Positions 20,631-30,352 of a stretch of DNA of 64,000 nucleotides are shown in pieces (position 1 is the stretch's first letter; every line of letters begins with the position of its first letter). The stretch spans positions 1,687 to 65,686 of the IMG/VR virus record IMGVR_UViG_3300029705_000054; one strand, written 5' to 3'. The stretch is from a virus. Taxonomy: Duplodnaviria; Heunggongvirae; Uroviricota; Caudoviricetes. Position numbers and translations under genes: made by a program. The notes beneath the pieces are model-generated. The model had not been told where the DNA came from and did not search any database. It was given only the letters and a program-made list of their open reading frames with translations.

Positions 20631-20786
20631 ATGAGTAAAAGACCAATGGAGATTAAAGAGACTCCTAAGATGCGTAAAGAGAGAGTGCGTAATTCACCCT
20701 CTCTGCATACAAGAGTAGTCGAAAGCAAGAAGAAATATAATCGCAAGAAAGATAAGGCGCAAACGCGTCGCTCTATGGAAGATTAG
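20631..20786 (+). CDS. small basic protein (51 aa)
   Basis: RBS aaaggagagagggaaATG. Lys/Arg-rich. Confidence 0.4.
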   Translation: MSKRPMEIKETPKMRKERVRNSPSLHTRVVESKKKYNRKKDKAQTRRSMED

Positions 20787-20865
20787 AGCAAAAAATTTTT
20801 TCAAGATTAATTAAACTATTAAAAGTAATTTTAATATAATCATACCAAATCAAGGAGGAGTAGCT

Positions 20866-21108
20866 ATGAGTTACAAAAGAAACGCAGAAAACCAAAGAAG
20901 ACTTAAGCGCAGATATCAGCCTAGATATTGTAATCCTATCTACTTCGATGATGAAAAAGGTAGATGGATACATTATGAACTTCGTGGTAGAAAATATCGT
21001 GCCTTTTGTAAAAAGCAAGCTAATAGGCGCGCCCATCGTTCTAATGAGTATTTCCAAGCAAAAGGTAAATATAAGCGCATTTCTAATTTTTGGAATGAGC
21101 TTATTTAA
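20866..21108 (+). CDS. small basic protein (80 aa)
   Basis: RBS aaggaggagtagctATG. Arg/Lys-rich. Confidence 0.45.
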   Translation: MSYKRNAENQRRLKRRYQPRYCNPIYFDDEKGRWIHYELRGRKYRAFCKKQANRRAHRSNEYFQAKGKYKRISNFWNELI

Positions 21109-21112
21109 TATA

Positions 21113-21187
21113 CGGGGATAGTTCAATAGGCTAGAATATCGGTCTCCAAAACCGAGGATATGGGTTCAAACCCCACACCCGTGCCAA
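21113..21187 (+). tRNA. tRNA-Trp (anticodon CCA)
   Basis: Anticodon stem tcggt/accga with loop ctccaaa. CCA end. The acceptor stem has 2 mismatches. Confidence 0.5.
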
Positions 21188-21297
21188 TTTTAACAAGCAC
21201 CTTAAGATTCTTATAGTAAAGCATAGCCGCCTCTATTGATTTTTATTAAATTTTATGATATAATATATATGTAATAAAGGAGAGGAAATAAAGGCTA

Positions 21298-21519
21298 ATG
21301 AAAGTAAGGATTCGTCTTGATACTTTATCTGATGTTCACGCTTTTGTTAAGATTGCAAGCTCTTGTGCCTGCGGTGATGTTTATATTACTGACGGTAATG
21401 GGCTGAAGGTAAGCGCCAAATCAATACTTGGTGCGCTTTATGCTCTTGAGTTTGATGAACTTTGGTGTGAGTCAGAAGAAGATATCTATCATAATATAAA
21501 AGATTTTATTGTGATTTGA
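21298..21519 (+). CDS. HPr-like phosphocarrier-fold protein (73 aa)
   Basis: DVHAFVKIASSCACGDVYITDGNGLKVSAKSILGALYALEF resembles HPr (GLHARPA...KVNAKSIMGVM). Class-B promoter. Confidence 0.4.
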   Translation: MKVRIRLDTLSDVHAFVKIASSCACGDVYITDGNGLKVSAKSILGALYALEFDELWCESEEDIYHNIKDFIVI

Positions 21520-21933
21520 AAATCTTAATTGATTTTTTCAAAAAAATATGATATAATATATATGTAAAGAAAAGAAAAAGCCTTTCTTTTGAGTGAGCGG
21601 AGTTACGCAGTCCCGTGAAAGTCCGAAAGACAACTGCGTTTGGATATAGTCGCAAGAACCGCATGAGGTTTGCGTGACATTGGGAGAATACTCAACTCCT
21701 ATGAAAAAATGAGCGTAGCTTCCTCGTGACGGAGCTGACGTTGTGGGTGTGAAAGGGAGAACCCTCCGCATAGGAGTGACATTTACTTTTGTTTTCCAAC
21801 CTACAAGCGTATTGTAAAAGTGGGCGAATAAAGGCGTGAACACGGTTTAAGCAATACCCAAAGGCGTCACAACTATAAAAAATGCTTGTGTACACACGCG
21901 GTGAGGATAACCGCGATACCAACCTCTTTATAT

Positions 21934-22006
21934 GGGACCTTGGCGAAGCTGGTAACGCATCAGAATGATAATCTGACGATCATCCGTTCGAGTCGGATAA
22001 GTCCCT
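21934..22006 (+). tRNA. tRNA-Ile (anticodon GAT)-like, no encoded CCA. It is embedded in a ~700-nt promoter-driven non-coding transcript
   Basis: Acceptor gggacct/aagtccc, loop atgataa, T-arm atccg ttcgagt cggat. Confidence 0.4.
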
Positions 22007-22226
22007 CTTAATGGAAAGTGGTTTACGGTAATCCATTTAATAATTAAACCGTGACAGGATCCAGCCGTTGATGGAGTGACGGCTATGGGGTTTATGAATG
22101 TTGATATGGCGCAACACGTTTACTCTTAGCGGTTGCGAGGAAGAAGAGAACAAAGAGCGTTGCTCGGAACAGTACGATAAACGCGAGAGCCACCTGAGGG
22201 GCTTGAAGTGAAACCTTAGGGTCGAC

Positions 22227-22303
22227 GGGGGCGTCGTCTAAAAGGTTAGTGACACTAGCCCTTCAAGCTGGAGATCCGGGTTCGAGTCCCGGCGTCCCTA
22301 CCA
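22227..22303 (+). tRNA. tRNA-Glu (anticodon TTC) with a 12-nt D-loop and C33
   Basis: Acceptor gggggcg/cgtccct (2 G-U pairs), loop ccttcaa, T-arm ccggg ttcgagt cccgg, CCA. Confidence 0.45.
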
Positions 22304-22307
22304 ATAT

Positions 22308-22384
22308 GCTCGGTTCTTCTAATCGGCTAGGAAGCCCGCCTCTCAAGCTGGCAATACTGGGTTCAAGTCCCGTACCGAGTACCA
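22308..22384 (+). tRNA. tRNA-Glu (anticodon CTC)-like, tandem to the previous gene
   Basis: Acceptor gctcggt/accgagt, loop ctctcaa, CCA. One mismatch in each of the anticodon and T stems. Confidence 0.4.
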
Positions 22385-22979
22385 TATTAATTTTCCTATC
22401 GCAGTTTAATTGGTTGCGCAAAGCGGTTATCAAGAGTTAAAGATGAAGGTGGTTTTATAATCAGCGGATTAACCTTTTGAGAAAGGAGCGCCACTCCTGT
22501 CCGAGTGGGAGGATAAATAAAAATCAGGCGCACAGTGCCAACTTGGCTGTGCTTAATGGGAAGTTGGGATAAAGCTCCGAGAGTGCTGTAAACTCTCACT
22601 TTATATCGCGGATGGGCATAGTGCTCACCAGAGCCTCATAAGCTCAGGGTGATCGGGGCAGTACCGATATCCGCACCCAATGCTAAAAGGCGGCATAGAG
22701 CAAAAAGCCTTTCTCTACCTATTCGGAGACTTTGGAAATAGGTAAGCATATAAGATTATGTACGGTTGTCAGTTCGTCGGATTGAAGAAGAACTGGGCGG
22801 CAGGGTGGATGTCGTTCTTAAACAATGAGGTTGCTCACCTCATTCCATCCTATACCTAAAACAAAAAAGACGTTCTCTGGGGAAGATACGAGGACGCAAT
22901 ATGCCAAAAGGGTCGGCGCCCATTGACGCCTCATACGCGTCGAGTGCTTGGATCGACACCAAGTTTTGGCACCATATAT

Positions 22980-23070
22980 GCAGGTCTGGCGAAGAGGTAA
23001 ACGCACCCGCGATTGGAACGGCGGGAAACATACTCCATTGTCGTAGGTTCGAATCCTACGACCTGCTCCA
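22980..23070 (+). tRNA. tRNA-like gene (91 nt) with a perfect 7-bp acceptor stem, T-arm and CCA but an irregular anticodon arm
   Basis: gcaggtc..gtagg ttcgaat cctac gacctgc t cca. The region between the D-arm and T-arm does not form a canonical 5-7-5 anticodon arm. Confidence 0.35.
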
Positions 23071-23326
23071 CCTCCGAGAGCAAATGTGGGAGGCTAAATG
23101 GATGTGCAGTTGACTGACTGAAAGTCACTTTATATGGACGATTAAACCGTTAAGATAGGCGGGCTAGACTGTAAATCTAGCGCCATTGTGGCTCGAGTGG
23201 GTTTGATTCCCTCATCGCCCACCAATACCACTTTAATCAATTACTATGAAACTTCTTTGATTTTTATAAAAATTTATGATATAATAAATATGTAAAATGA
23301 AAGAGAGGAAAAAAGAAAAATGATAT

Positions 23327-23518
23327 GCCGAGATGGTGGAATTGGCAGACACCCTGGACTTGTTGGCTTAATTTAAGAGGTAAAATAGGAAGCCTAGTAT
23401 TGATATATCGAACAAGACCGAGAACAGCATCCAAATGTAAGTTCGAATCTTGCAGTCAGCACCAAAAATCCAGTGTTCAGAGATGAGCGTACGGGTTCGA
23501 GTCCCGTTCTCGGCACCA
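23327..23518 (+). tRNA. tRNA-Leu (anticodon TAA), type II, split after anticodon position 34 by a 103-nt tRNA-like insert. Exons are 23327..23361 and 23465..23518
   Basis: 5' exon: gccgaga tg gtg gaattggcaga cac c ctgga ctt. 3' exon: aaaa tccag, long variable arm, acggg ttcgagt cccgt tctcggc a cca. The two halves are fully complementary and give the anticodon loop cttaaaa. Confidence 0.5.
23362..23464 (+). ncRNA. tRNA-like insert inside tRNA-Leu(TAA): acceptor-like stem gttggct/agtcagc, T-arm-like aag ttcgaat ctt, ends ..agcacca
   Basis: Seen directly in the sequence. It occupies the anticodon loop of the outer tRNA. Confidence 0.45.
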
Positions 23519-23691
23519 ATAACCGACGAAAGCCAGACTCGGTATATAAGTTAGTGGCGCTTCAAGTGGTAGGTTGTGTGTAAACCGATTAAGAAGAGAA
23601 AACGCAAGTGGAACACACATTAGTATTAGGTGCCTACTCGGGGAATACAGGTGGTAGGATAAATGTGACGACCCAGCCAGCCTAATATTAT

Positions 23692-23780
23692 AGAGGATTG
23701 GGTGAGCAGGCTTAAACCAGTGGTTTGCTAAACCACCGAGGGTAATACCTCCACTAGTTCGAATCTAGTATCCTCTGCCA
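23692..23780 (+). tRNA. tRNA-Ser (anticodon GCT), type II
   Basis: Acceptor agaggat/atcctct, loop ttgctaa, long variable arm, T-arm actag ttcgaat ctagt, CCA. Confidence 0.6.
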
Positions 23781-25082
23781 GCTCTCGTAACAACAGCGAG
23801 GCTAAAGGTGAAAATCCCAAAGGTTGAAATGTTGTAGGTAAAGTTTTCCACCGCCGTATCAAAGAGTGGCGTTTGTGCACAGCGAATAGTGCAATCGTAG
23901 CAGTCTTTCAAGGCGCCATATGGGACTGCGCAGAGTACGATAACCTCTGCATTATATGGAGGATGATGCCGGACGGCAAAGCAGCGACGGGAATTCCAAA
24001 GTAGGTTCGACTCCTACAGGCTCCACCAAGGGGTGATTCGTTTGCCACACGAATCCGTAAAACCAAGCGTTAATGGTTATTTACAATAGGTGCCACGAAG
24101 CCGAAGATGGAGGTCGACAGCCACTGCAGGATGTGCCAAGGTTTGAAGAAATGCGTCCAATGAAGTCTTAGGAAGTTTAGAAGCAGCTGTGGTTAACTGG
24201 AGTTAGATGAATAGCCTATTTTGTAATATTTATGACGACCTCTGGAGGGGATGTTCCCCTCATATTAAGGAGTGAGTAGAGAGCGAGGCGGCAGACGCTA
24301 TATAAACAGTGCTGGTTATACTCGGTGAGACTTATATCCGAAAGGCAGCGGTGGGCCAAACATCCGCTGGAGTTTCGCCTCCAAGATGAAGTGCGAGATT
24401 TATAAAGATAGCTTAGTAATAGCGCAGGTTTATCCAACAAGGCTATGAAAGGCGCGGGCCCAGCTTCCCGCATCTAAAAGCTGGAATATAGAGAATGTAG
24501 TGTAACAGTAACACACCGCATTTGGGATGCGGAGTAGCGGGGCAGCACCGACATTTTCTGCCATTTTAAATCAACGCCTTGATGCTGCCAACAAGCATTA
24601 CTCGGCGCCTCGTAAAACATCAGAGTTTGGAGAGTGATTCTCTTGTTGGATATAAAAACTCTCCCTCTCTTTCCTATGGGGAATGGGACTGCATGGAGTG
24701 GTCGTCTGCTTTGCAAGCAGAAGTTCAGATGAGATCGTTACTCATATTCTCCACCATTAAGTTTGAAGGTAGCTTAGTAAAAACCTATCAATCTATTGTG
24801 TTTACTCGTAGCAAAGAAAAATGAGTTGCAGAGAGCTTTTGTCCTAACCACCATTAGGCAAAAGCAAACTCCAAAGGTTTTCATTGATTTTTATTAAAAA
24901 ATATGATATAATATTTATGTAATAAAGATAAGAAAGGAAATAAAGCAAAATGATAAATAGAGAACTTGCAATACTTAATCGTATTAGTATTCTTTAGCGC
25001 GATGCCGCTAATGGAAATATAATCAATAAACTCAAGCGAAAATATAGAGCTATTCAAAAAGCTAACTAAGTAAATAATTATA

Positions 25083-25236
25083 TGAGCCAGTAGCTCAGAT
25101 GGAAGAGCACGTGACTTGTTTGAGTATGTTTAATTGGTAAAGTCTGGGGCTTAGTCGGCTTTAGGTTGTTAGTTCGAATCTAACCTCAAGCACCATTAAT
25201 CACGGGGTCGCGAGTTCGAATCTCGCTTGGCTCACC
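25083..25236 (+). tRNA. tRNA-Lys (anticodon TTT) split after position 34 by a 78-nt tRNA-like insert. Exons are 25083..25116 and 25195..25236
   Basis: 5' exon: gagccag t a gctc agatggaa gagc a cgtga ctt. 3' exon: ttaa tcacg gggtc gcgag ttcgaat ctcgc ttggctc a cca. The spliced loop is cttttaa. Confidence 0.55.
25117..25194 (+). ncRNA. tRNA-like insert inside tRNA-Lys(TTT): 7-bp acceptor stem gtttgag/ctcaagc, T-arm gttag ttcgaat ctaac, discriminator A and CCA
   Basis: Seen directly in the sequence. The interior lacks a clean D-arm and anticodon arm. Confidence 0.45.
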
Positions 25237-25924
25237 ATAAGAAGGAGTAATATGAATAGTAAAGATAAAGGCAATATTGGTGAGGCAGTTGTACTTGCTG
25301 AATTTGTTAAAAATAACATTTAGGTAGCAATCCCTTTTGGAGATAATGCTCGTTATGATTTGATAGCAGAGTTTAATGGAAAATTAAATCGTATTCAAGT
25401 AAAGTATTGTAATCAACAAATTACTGAAAATAATTCTATTGCCTGTCCTTGTGCAAGCAGTACAAACCATACTACCAATAAACATTATAGCACTTACGAG
25501 AATGACATAGATTATTTTTGTTTTTATATCGTAGAATGGAATGAAATTCTTATTCTGCCAATTGAAGAAATTGGTACTAAAAAAGTAATTACTTTTAGAC
25601 AAGATCCTCCAAAAAATAATCAAACTAAAGGGATAAATTTGGTAGAAAATTATCGATTAATTGATTTTCTAAAAAATTTATGATATAATATATATGTAAG
25701 AAATAAAGCGATGCAATATAAACTCCTGACCTGAGTTTCCATCAACAAATTCTCGATTCAAAATTGCCCGAAAGGGGTCGCTAATCGTAATAACATTAAC
25801 TCCGTAGTGAAACGGTAACTTAGGTTGTTCACAAATCTTGTACAAGATTAAAGGAGGAAGGTTGAGTAATCGCCTTTGGAATAGTGCAAATCACTCCTAT
25901 TAGTTAATGTAATTAAGATATTAT

Positions 25925-25996
25925 TGGGGTGTAGCCAAGTGGCAAGGCATCAGACTTTGACTCTGACACCCGCTGGTTCAAATCCAGCCACCCCAG
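25925..25996 (+). tRNA. tRNA-Gln (anticodon TTG) with a U1-A72 pair and G73. No encoded CCA
   Basis: tggggtg..tcaga ctttgac tctga..gctgg ttcaaat ccagc cacccca g. Preceded by a class-B promoter and a ~230-nt structured leader. Confidence 0.6.
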
Positions 25997-26081
25997 GTCG
26001 CACTTAATCAACTACCTCCACGTGGTGTGCGATGGGTTAAGCTAAAAGTTGATAATAAGTATAAAAAGGAGCTATTTAAAT

Positions 26082-26723
26082 ATGGCATACATTTATCAAA
26101 TTACCAATGATATAAATGGTAAAATATACATTGGTAAAACAGAAAAGTCTATAGAAAAACGTTGGAAAGAGCATTGTAGTGATTATCAAAAGGAAAGATG
26201 CAAGGATCGTCCTTTATATCGAGCAATAAACAAATATGGAATTGAACATTTTCATATAGAATTGCTTGAAGAAACAGATAATCCTTCTGAAAGAGAAATC
26301 TTTTGGATTGAGAAAAAACAATCATTTAAAAATGGTTATAATGCTACTTTAGGAGGAGATGGAAAACGTTATTTAGATTATGATTTAATCTATTCCACTT
26401 ATGAAGTTTTGCAAAATGCAACAGAAGTGGCAAAAAAATTAAATATTTCAGTAGATAGCGTATATATTGTTATTCATCAACGAGGAGGCGTATTAAAAAC
26501 TGCTCAAACAATTAATAAAGAGTTGTTTAGCAAAGCTGTAAAAATGTTTGATAAAAAAACTAATGAATATATTCAAAGTTTTTCTTCTTTAACAGATGCT
26601 TCTCAGTATTTAATAGATAATAATTTAACATCTTCAGTGAAAGTAAAAGGTATTTCAACGCACATTCGAGAGTGTGCAAATGGAATTAGAAAATCTGCTT
26701 ATGGTTTCATTTGGAAATGGTAG
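26082..26723 (+). CDS. GIY-YIG homing endonuclease (no internal TAG)
   Basis: MAYIYQITNDINGKIYIGKTEKSIEKRWKEH and a C-terminal NUMOD-like region. Confidence 0.65.
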   Translation: MAYIYQITNDINGKIYIGKTEKSIEKRWKEHCSDYQKERCKDRPLYRAINKYGIEHFHIELLEETDNPSEREIFWIEKKQSFKNGYNATLGGDGKRYLDYDLIYSTYEVLQNATEVAKKLNISVDSVYIVIHQRGGVLKTAQTINKELFSKAVKMFDKKTNEYIQSFSSLTDASQYLIDNNLTSSVKVKGISTHIRECANGIRKSAYGFIWKW

Positions 26724-26904
26724 GCTGATTAAAATATAACCGTTAACACGGATTAGTGACTAAACTACTCCCGACTCAGATCAAGGTGCGGTTCACCGCG
26801 ATATGGTAACGAGGTATGGAGCAATAGCGGAAAACGGTATATAAAGAAGCGAAGTAAGTCACCTTCAGTTGGCGCTACTGAAGTAAACCTCACAGGCGCA
26901 ATAT

Positions 26905-26979
26905 GGGAGCTTAGCTCAGAGGCAGAGCGCAACCCTGTTAAGGTTGATGTCGAGATATCGTAATTCTCAGTTCCCTCCA
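26905..26979 (+). tRNA. tRNA-Asn (anticodon GTT)-like with an atypical T-loop (atcgtaa)
   Basis: gggagct ta gctc..caacc ctgttaa ggttg..agttccc t cca. Confidence 0.45.
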
Positions 26980-27049
26980 AGTACGAGACTTTTCATGGTT
27001 TTCCTCCCTTCAGCGGGTTGGTTGTTACCGCAAAATCAACAACCTTTAT

Positions 27050-27125
27050 GCCGACTTAGCCGAATGGCATAGGCGTTAGTCTTAGGAACTAAAATTTCTG
27101 GGTTCGAATCCCAGAGTCGGTACCA
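27050..27125 (+). tRNA. tRNA with anticodon TAG (reads CUA/Leu) but a class-I fold with a short variable arm
   Basis: gccgact ta gcc gaatggcata ggc g ttagt cttagga actaa aattt ctggg ttcgaat cccag agtcggt a cca. Confidence 0.5.
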
Positions 27126-27642
27126 TGGAGCTACTTCCAAGCCTTGAGCAAATGTAGATGACTTCTGGAGCATTCAGGATTATAAGAGTGCTAACCACGA
27201 GCTGACCTCGCAGCACGAGCACAAAAGTGTCAGGGTTTTTATAACAGGGATTGATAAATGCCAGTGTTATAATATCCTTAATATTGATGAAAAGTTTATC
27301 TATAAGTGAATAACCTTGATTTCATTGAGTATTTTGAGGCGAATACTGCTGGATAATCCAGAGTAGGCTTGAGAGAGCGCCCACGAAAATAAACTGAAAT
27401 CAAATGCCGAGAAAATCGTGGATTTCGTCCACCCGAAGAGTAGCTACGGTGAAATAAGTAGGGTGCGATTGGCGCCGAGGATGTGGCGAGGTTCTGGTAG
27501 ACCAATTAAAAATGTCTAAGCCAGATGTAGATTGAAAGATGAAACGGTTATTTACTCGAATTGAGGATGGTAAGCAAATACCACGCCCAAAAGAAAACAA
27601 TGAGCGGTTGGCTGACCTAAAGCTGTCACCTCTTTAATATAT

Positions 27643-27727
27643 GCACCTGTCGCATAGCGGTCGATTGCACGCGCCTTGTAAGCGCGAGACTCTGTCCACA
27701 TTGGTCCAAATCCAATCAGGTGCTCCA
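27643..27727 (+). tRNA. tRNA-Thr (anticodon TGT)-like with a 13-nt variable region and TCCAAAT T-loop
   Basis: gcacctg..cgcgc cttgtaa gcgcg..attgg tccaaat ccaat caggtgc t cca. Confidence 0.4.
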
Positions 27728-28256
27728 TATGGCGTCAAGAAGAAAGCCTTCTCGTGGCGACGCTGTGAGCCTTAAAAGCGACTAATTTCTTCAATTATAG
27801 TCTCACCTCCTTTCTGAGACAAGGCGGCGCACGCCTGTAAGTCGTCGACATTTGAAGATGCAAAAGTGTTGCGGAGAGCATACTCTGACAAACCTCTGTG
27901 GCTGGGTCATAAGCTCGGGTAACTGACACATTCCGCCCTTGGAAATCCGTTAGTGTCGCTAAACGAGGACTACGGGAAAGGTCTTCGTTTCTTCCCATTT
28001 TCACTTGATATGCAGAACTGTGCGAAGGTCGCACCTTCGGAAAAGATCAATAGGAGCAGGAATCAGGTGATCACTGCGCAAATATCAAGTTAATCTATAA
28101 TAATGCTTAAGAGAGCCTCTGCCCCAAACACAGCGCTCTGTCAAAAGAAGCCGTTTGCACGGTCTCGCAAGAGATAGTACTTGGTAGGGTTGGGAAAAGT
28201 GTGGATACAATTAACTACTCCACAGGAAATTCAATTGACAATCTTAAGCGCCCTCT

Positions 28257-28331
28257 GCAGGTGTCGTATAACGGCTATTACTTCTGCCTTCCAAGCAGAA
28301 GATCTGGGTTCAACTCCCAGTACTTGCTCCA
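28257..28331 (+). tRNA. tRNA-Gly (anticodon TCC)
   Basis: gcaggtg..tctgc cttccaa gcaga agat ctggg ttcaact cccag tacttgc t cca. Confidence 0.55.
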
Positions 28332-28421
28332 TATAGGCTGGCTCCTACAGCCTATCATTTTTCTACCCTTCCTTTCTGCTTACCCCCGCGATGTACGTTG
28401 TCGCGGGGGCTTTGATAAAAT

Positions 28422-28496
28422 GGCGCGCTAGCCAAATGGTTAAGGCGCAGGCCTGCAAAGCCTTGATTCCGCGTTCGAGTCGCGGGCGCGCCTCCA
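28422..28496 (+). tRNA. tRNA-Cys (anticodon GCA)
   Basis: ggcgcgc ta gcc..caggc ctgcaaa gcctt..ccgcg ttcgagt cgcgg gcgcgcc t cca. Confidence 0.6.
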
Positions 28497-28656
28497 ACCA
28501 GAGTCACCTATGAAGGTGGCTTTTTATTTTATATATCTGTTCGGAACGCAGAGGGTCGACTTATAGAATCTAAAAGTGGTTTTAGATTTTTTCGTTGAAA
28601 AACTGTAAAATTTATATTATAATTTATTAAAAGAATATGTAGAGGAAAATAAAAAT

Positions 28657-29037
28657 ATGATTACTTATGATAAATTATTAGCAATAGCTAAAGAATATGA
28701 AGCAGATATTCGTGAATTTAGACTTGATGGAGATCTTGGGCGCCTAATGGATTTCTTAGAAGCGGTCATTGGCGCTGATCAGCTAATTTTAGTAGAAGAT
28801 TTTTACAAATCATTAACAGATAATGAAAAATTGGCTTTTCAATCAATTAGAGAAACAATTGGTTTATCTGGTAATATCTCAATTGTAAAGATGATTCAAA
28901 AAACAAGCCTTTCGCGCCCTGTATGGACTTCACTATTGCAAAAAATGGAAAAATTTGGTATTGCGCAGGTCAAAAGTCAAGGTGTAAAAGGAACTTATAT
29001 TGAGATAGCAAAGGAGATAGAAAATGGCAACTTATAA
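28657..29037 (+). CDS. hypothetical protein (126 aa)
   Basis: ORF with an RBS, immediately after the tRNA island. Confidence 0.5.
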   Translation: MITYDKLLAIAKEYEADIREFRLDGDLGRLMDFLEAVIGADQLILVEDFYKSLTDNEKLAFQSIRETIGLSGNISIVKMIQKTSLSRPVWTSLLQKMEKFGIAQVKSQGVKGTYIEIAKEIENGNL

Positions 29038-29056
29038 TCTAAGTACGCGCCTTATT

Positions 29057-29449
29057 ATGAAAAATGATACTCCATAGGCTTGGAATGAAAATAATCCAAT
29101 ATTAATGAAAGGCGAAGTGGGTTGCGCAATTGATTCTGATCAAGGAATCGTCACAGTAAAAATAGGAGATGGTGTACATCAATGGAAGGAGTTAGAAGTG
29201 AGAATGGGTACTAAAGAAGAACAATTACAAACAGCACAGAGTAGTATGAGCAATGCTCTGCAGAAAATAGCAACAGCAGCAAAATCATACGGTGTTTCTT
29301 TATCAGAAATGATGGAGTCTATACGTAATCTTAGTGCAACTGGCGCTAATTGTGAGTTGTTGCTAGAAAATATCAATGAAAGCGAGAAGCTTAAATGCAT
29401 CGATCGCCGCCAATTCAAAACACTTAATTATAAACACGAAGTAGAATAA
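29057..29449 (+). CDS. tail-fiber N-terminal-domain protein (phage fiber motif) with one in-frame TAG
   Basis: MKNDTP-Q-AWNENNPILMKGEVGCAIDSDQGIVTVKIGDGVHQWKELEV. The ORF-track start at 29105 is in the same frame. Confidence 0.45.
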
Positions 29450-29541
29450 AAGCAGATCATATAATCTGCTTTTATTTTTTTAAAAATTTATGATATAATA
29501 AATTATAAAATAAAAAAGGGAAAAAAGAGAGGAAAAGAAAA

Positions 29542-29829
29542 ATGGAAATGACTTATAGTGGAGGAGATGGAGTAATGAAAGATATCACTGCAAAAGAAGC
29601 AAATCTTTTTACCAAGAAACCAATGACTCTAGGTAAAAAATATAAGAAAAATCTTATGAAACATATCTGGGCAGCTGCAACTGAAGGATATTTTCAAACT
29701 CGTATAAATGTAGATGGTCCCTCTGAGGCAGAAGCGGTTGGCTCTTATTTAGAGAAGTTGGGATATAAAACTCTTACGCTCGGCAGTAAAATGATAATTG
29801 TTAAGTGGGAGGATACAAATAATGAATAA
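29542..29829 (+). CDS. hypothetical protein (95 aa)
   Basis: Class-B promoter and RBS agagaggaaaagaaaaATG. Confidence 0.45.
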   Translation: MEMTYSGGDGVMKDITAKEANLFTKKPMTLGKKYKKNLMKHIWAAATEGYFQTRINVDGPSEAEAVGSYLEKLGYKTLTLGSKMIIVKWEDTNNE

Positions 29830-30352
29830 AGTTTTAATTATAATCGATATGCAGAATGATTTTGTGTATGGCGCCCTTGGAACACCTGAAGCGCGCGATA
29901 TTATCTATAATGTGCGCGATAAAGTAATTGAAGCGCGCCAGAATGGAGATATAGTTATTTTTACTATTGATAAACACTATGACGAAGAAGTGTACGCCGT
30001 TTGTCTTGAAAGTAAATATGTGCCGCCCCATTGTATGGAAGGGACTGAAGGTGAAGATATTATTCCTGAGCTTTATTCTTTCGTATTTTATACTGCACAT
30101 AAATCCACTTATGGATATACAATGTGGGATAATTGGGCGGATCGATTTTGTTGCGCAGATGTAATTGAACTTTGTGGCGTTTGTACGGATATATGCGTAA
30201 TCTCTAACGCATTGATATTACGTAGCATGTATCCAAATACCCAAATCCGCGTAGATGCAAGCTGTTGCGCCGGACTTACACCAGAGAAACATAAAGCAGC
30301 GCTTGAAGTAATGAAAAGTTGCAATGTGGAGGTTATCAATGATGAAAGTTAA
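29822..30352 (+). CDS. isochorismatase/nicotinamidase-family cysteine hydrolase
   Basis: N-terminal VLIIIDMQNDF and catalytic-Cys context ELCGVCTDICV. Confidence 0.55.
   Translation: MNKVLIIIDMQNDFVYGALGTPEARDIIYNVRDKVIEARQNGDIVIFTIDKHYDEEVYAVCLESKYVPPHCMEGTEGEDIIPELYSFVFYTAHKSTYGYTMWDNWADRFCCADVIELCGVCTDICVISNALILRSMYPNTQIRVDASCCAGLTPEKHKAALEVMKSCNVEVINDES

Noticed and set aside
22400-24030. Possible tmRNA (a tRNA-like 3' end ggctcc acca at 24020 resembles tmRNA 3' ends)
   Set aside because: No 5' acceptor partner could be found. No tag reading frame ending in ..AA-stop, and no GGAUUCGAC-type 5' motif. It is left as an orphan tRNA half
20406-24824. Many 60-117-aa ORFs on both strands inside the tRNA island (for example 20406..20588, 22249..22440, 22901..23113, 24216..24716)
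   Set aside because: They overlap tRNA genes. Their translations contain GIEPT/GFEPA-type artefacts typical of tRNA reverse complements, and they have no RBS
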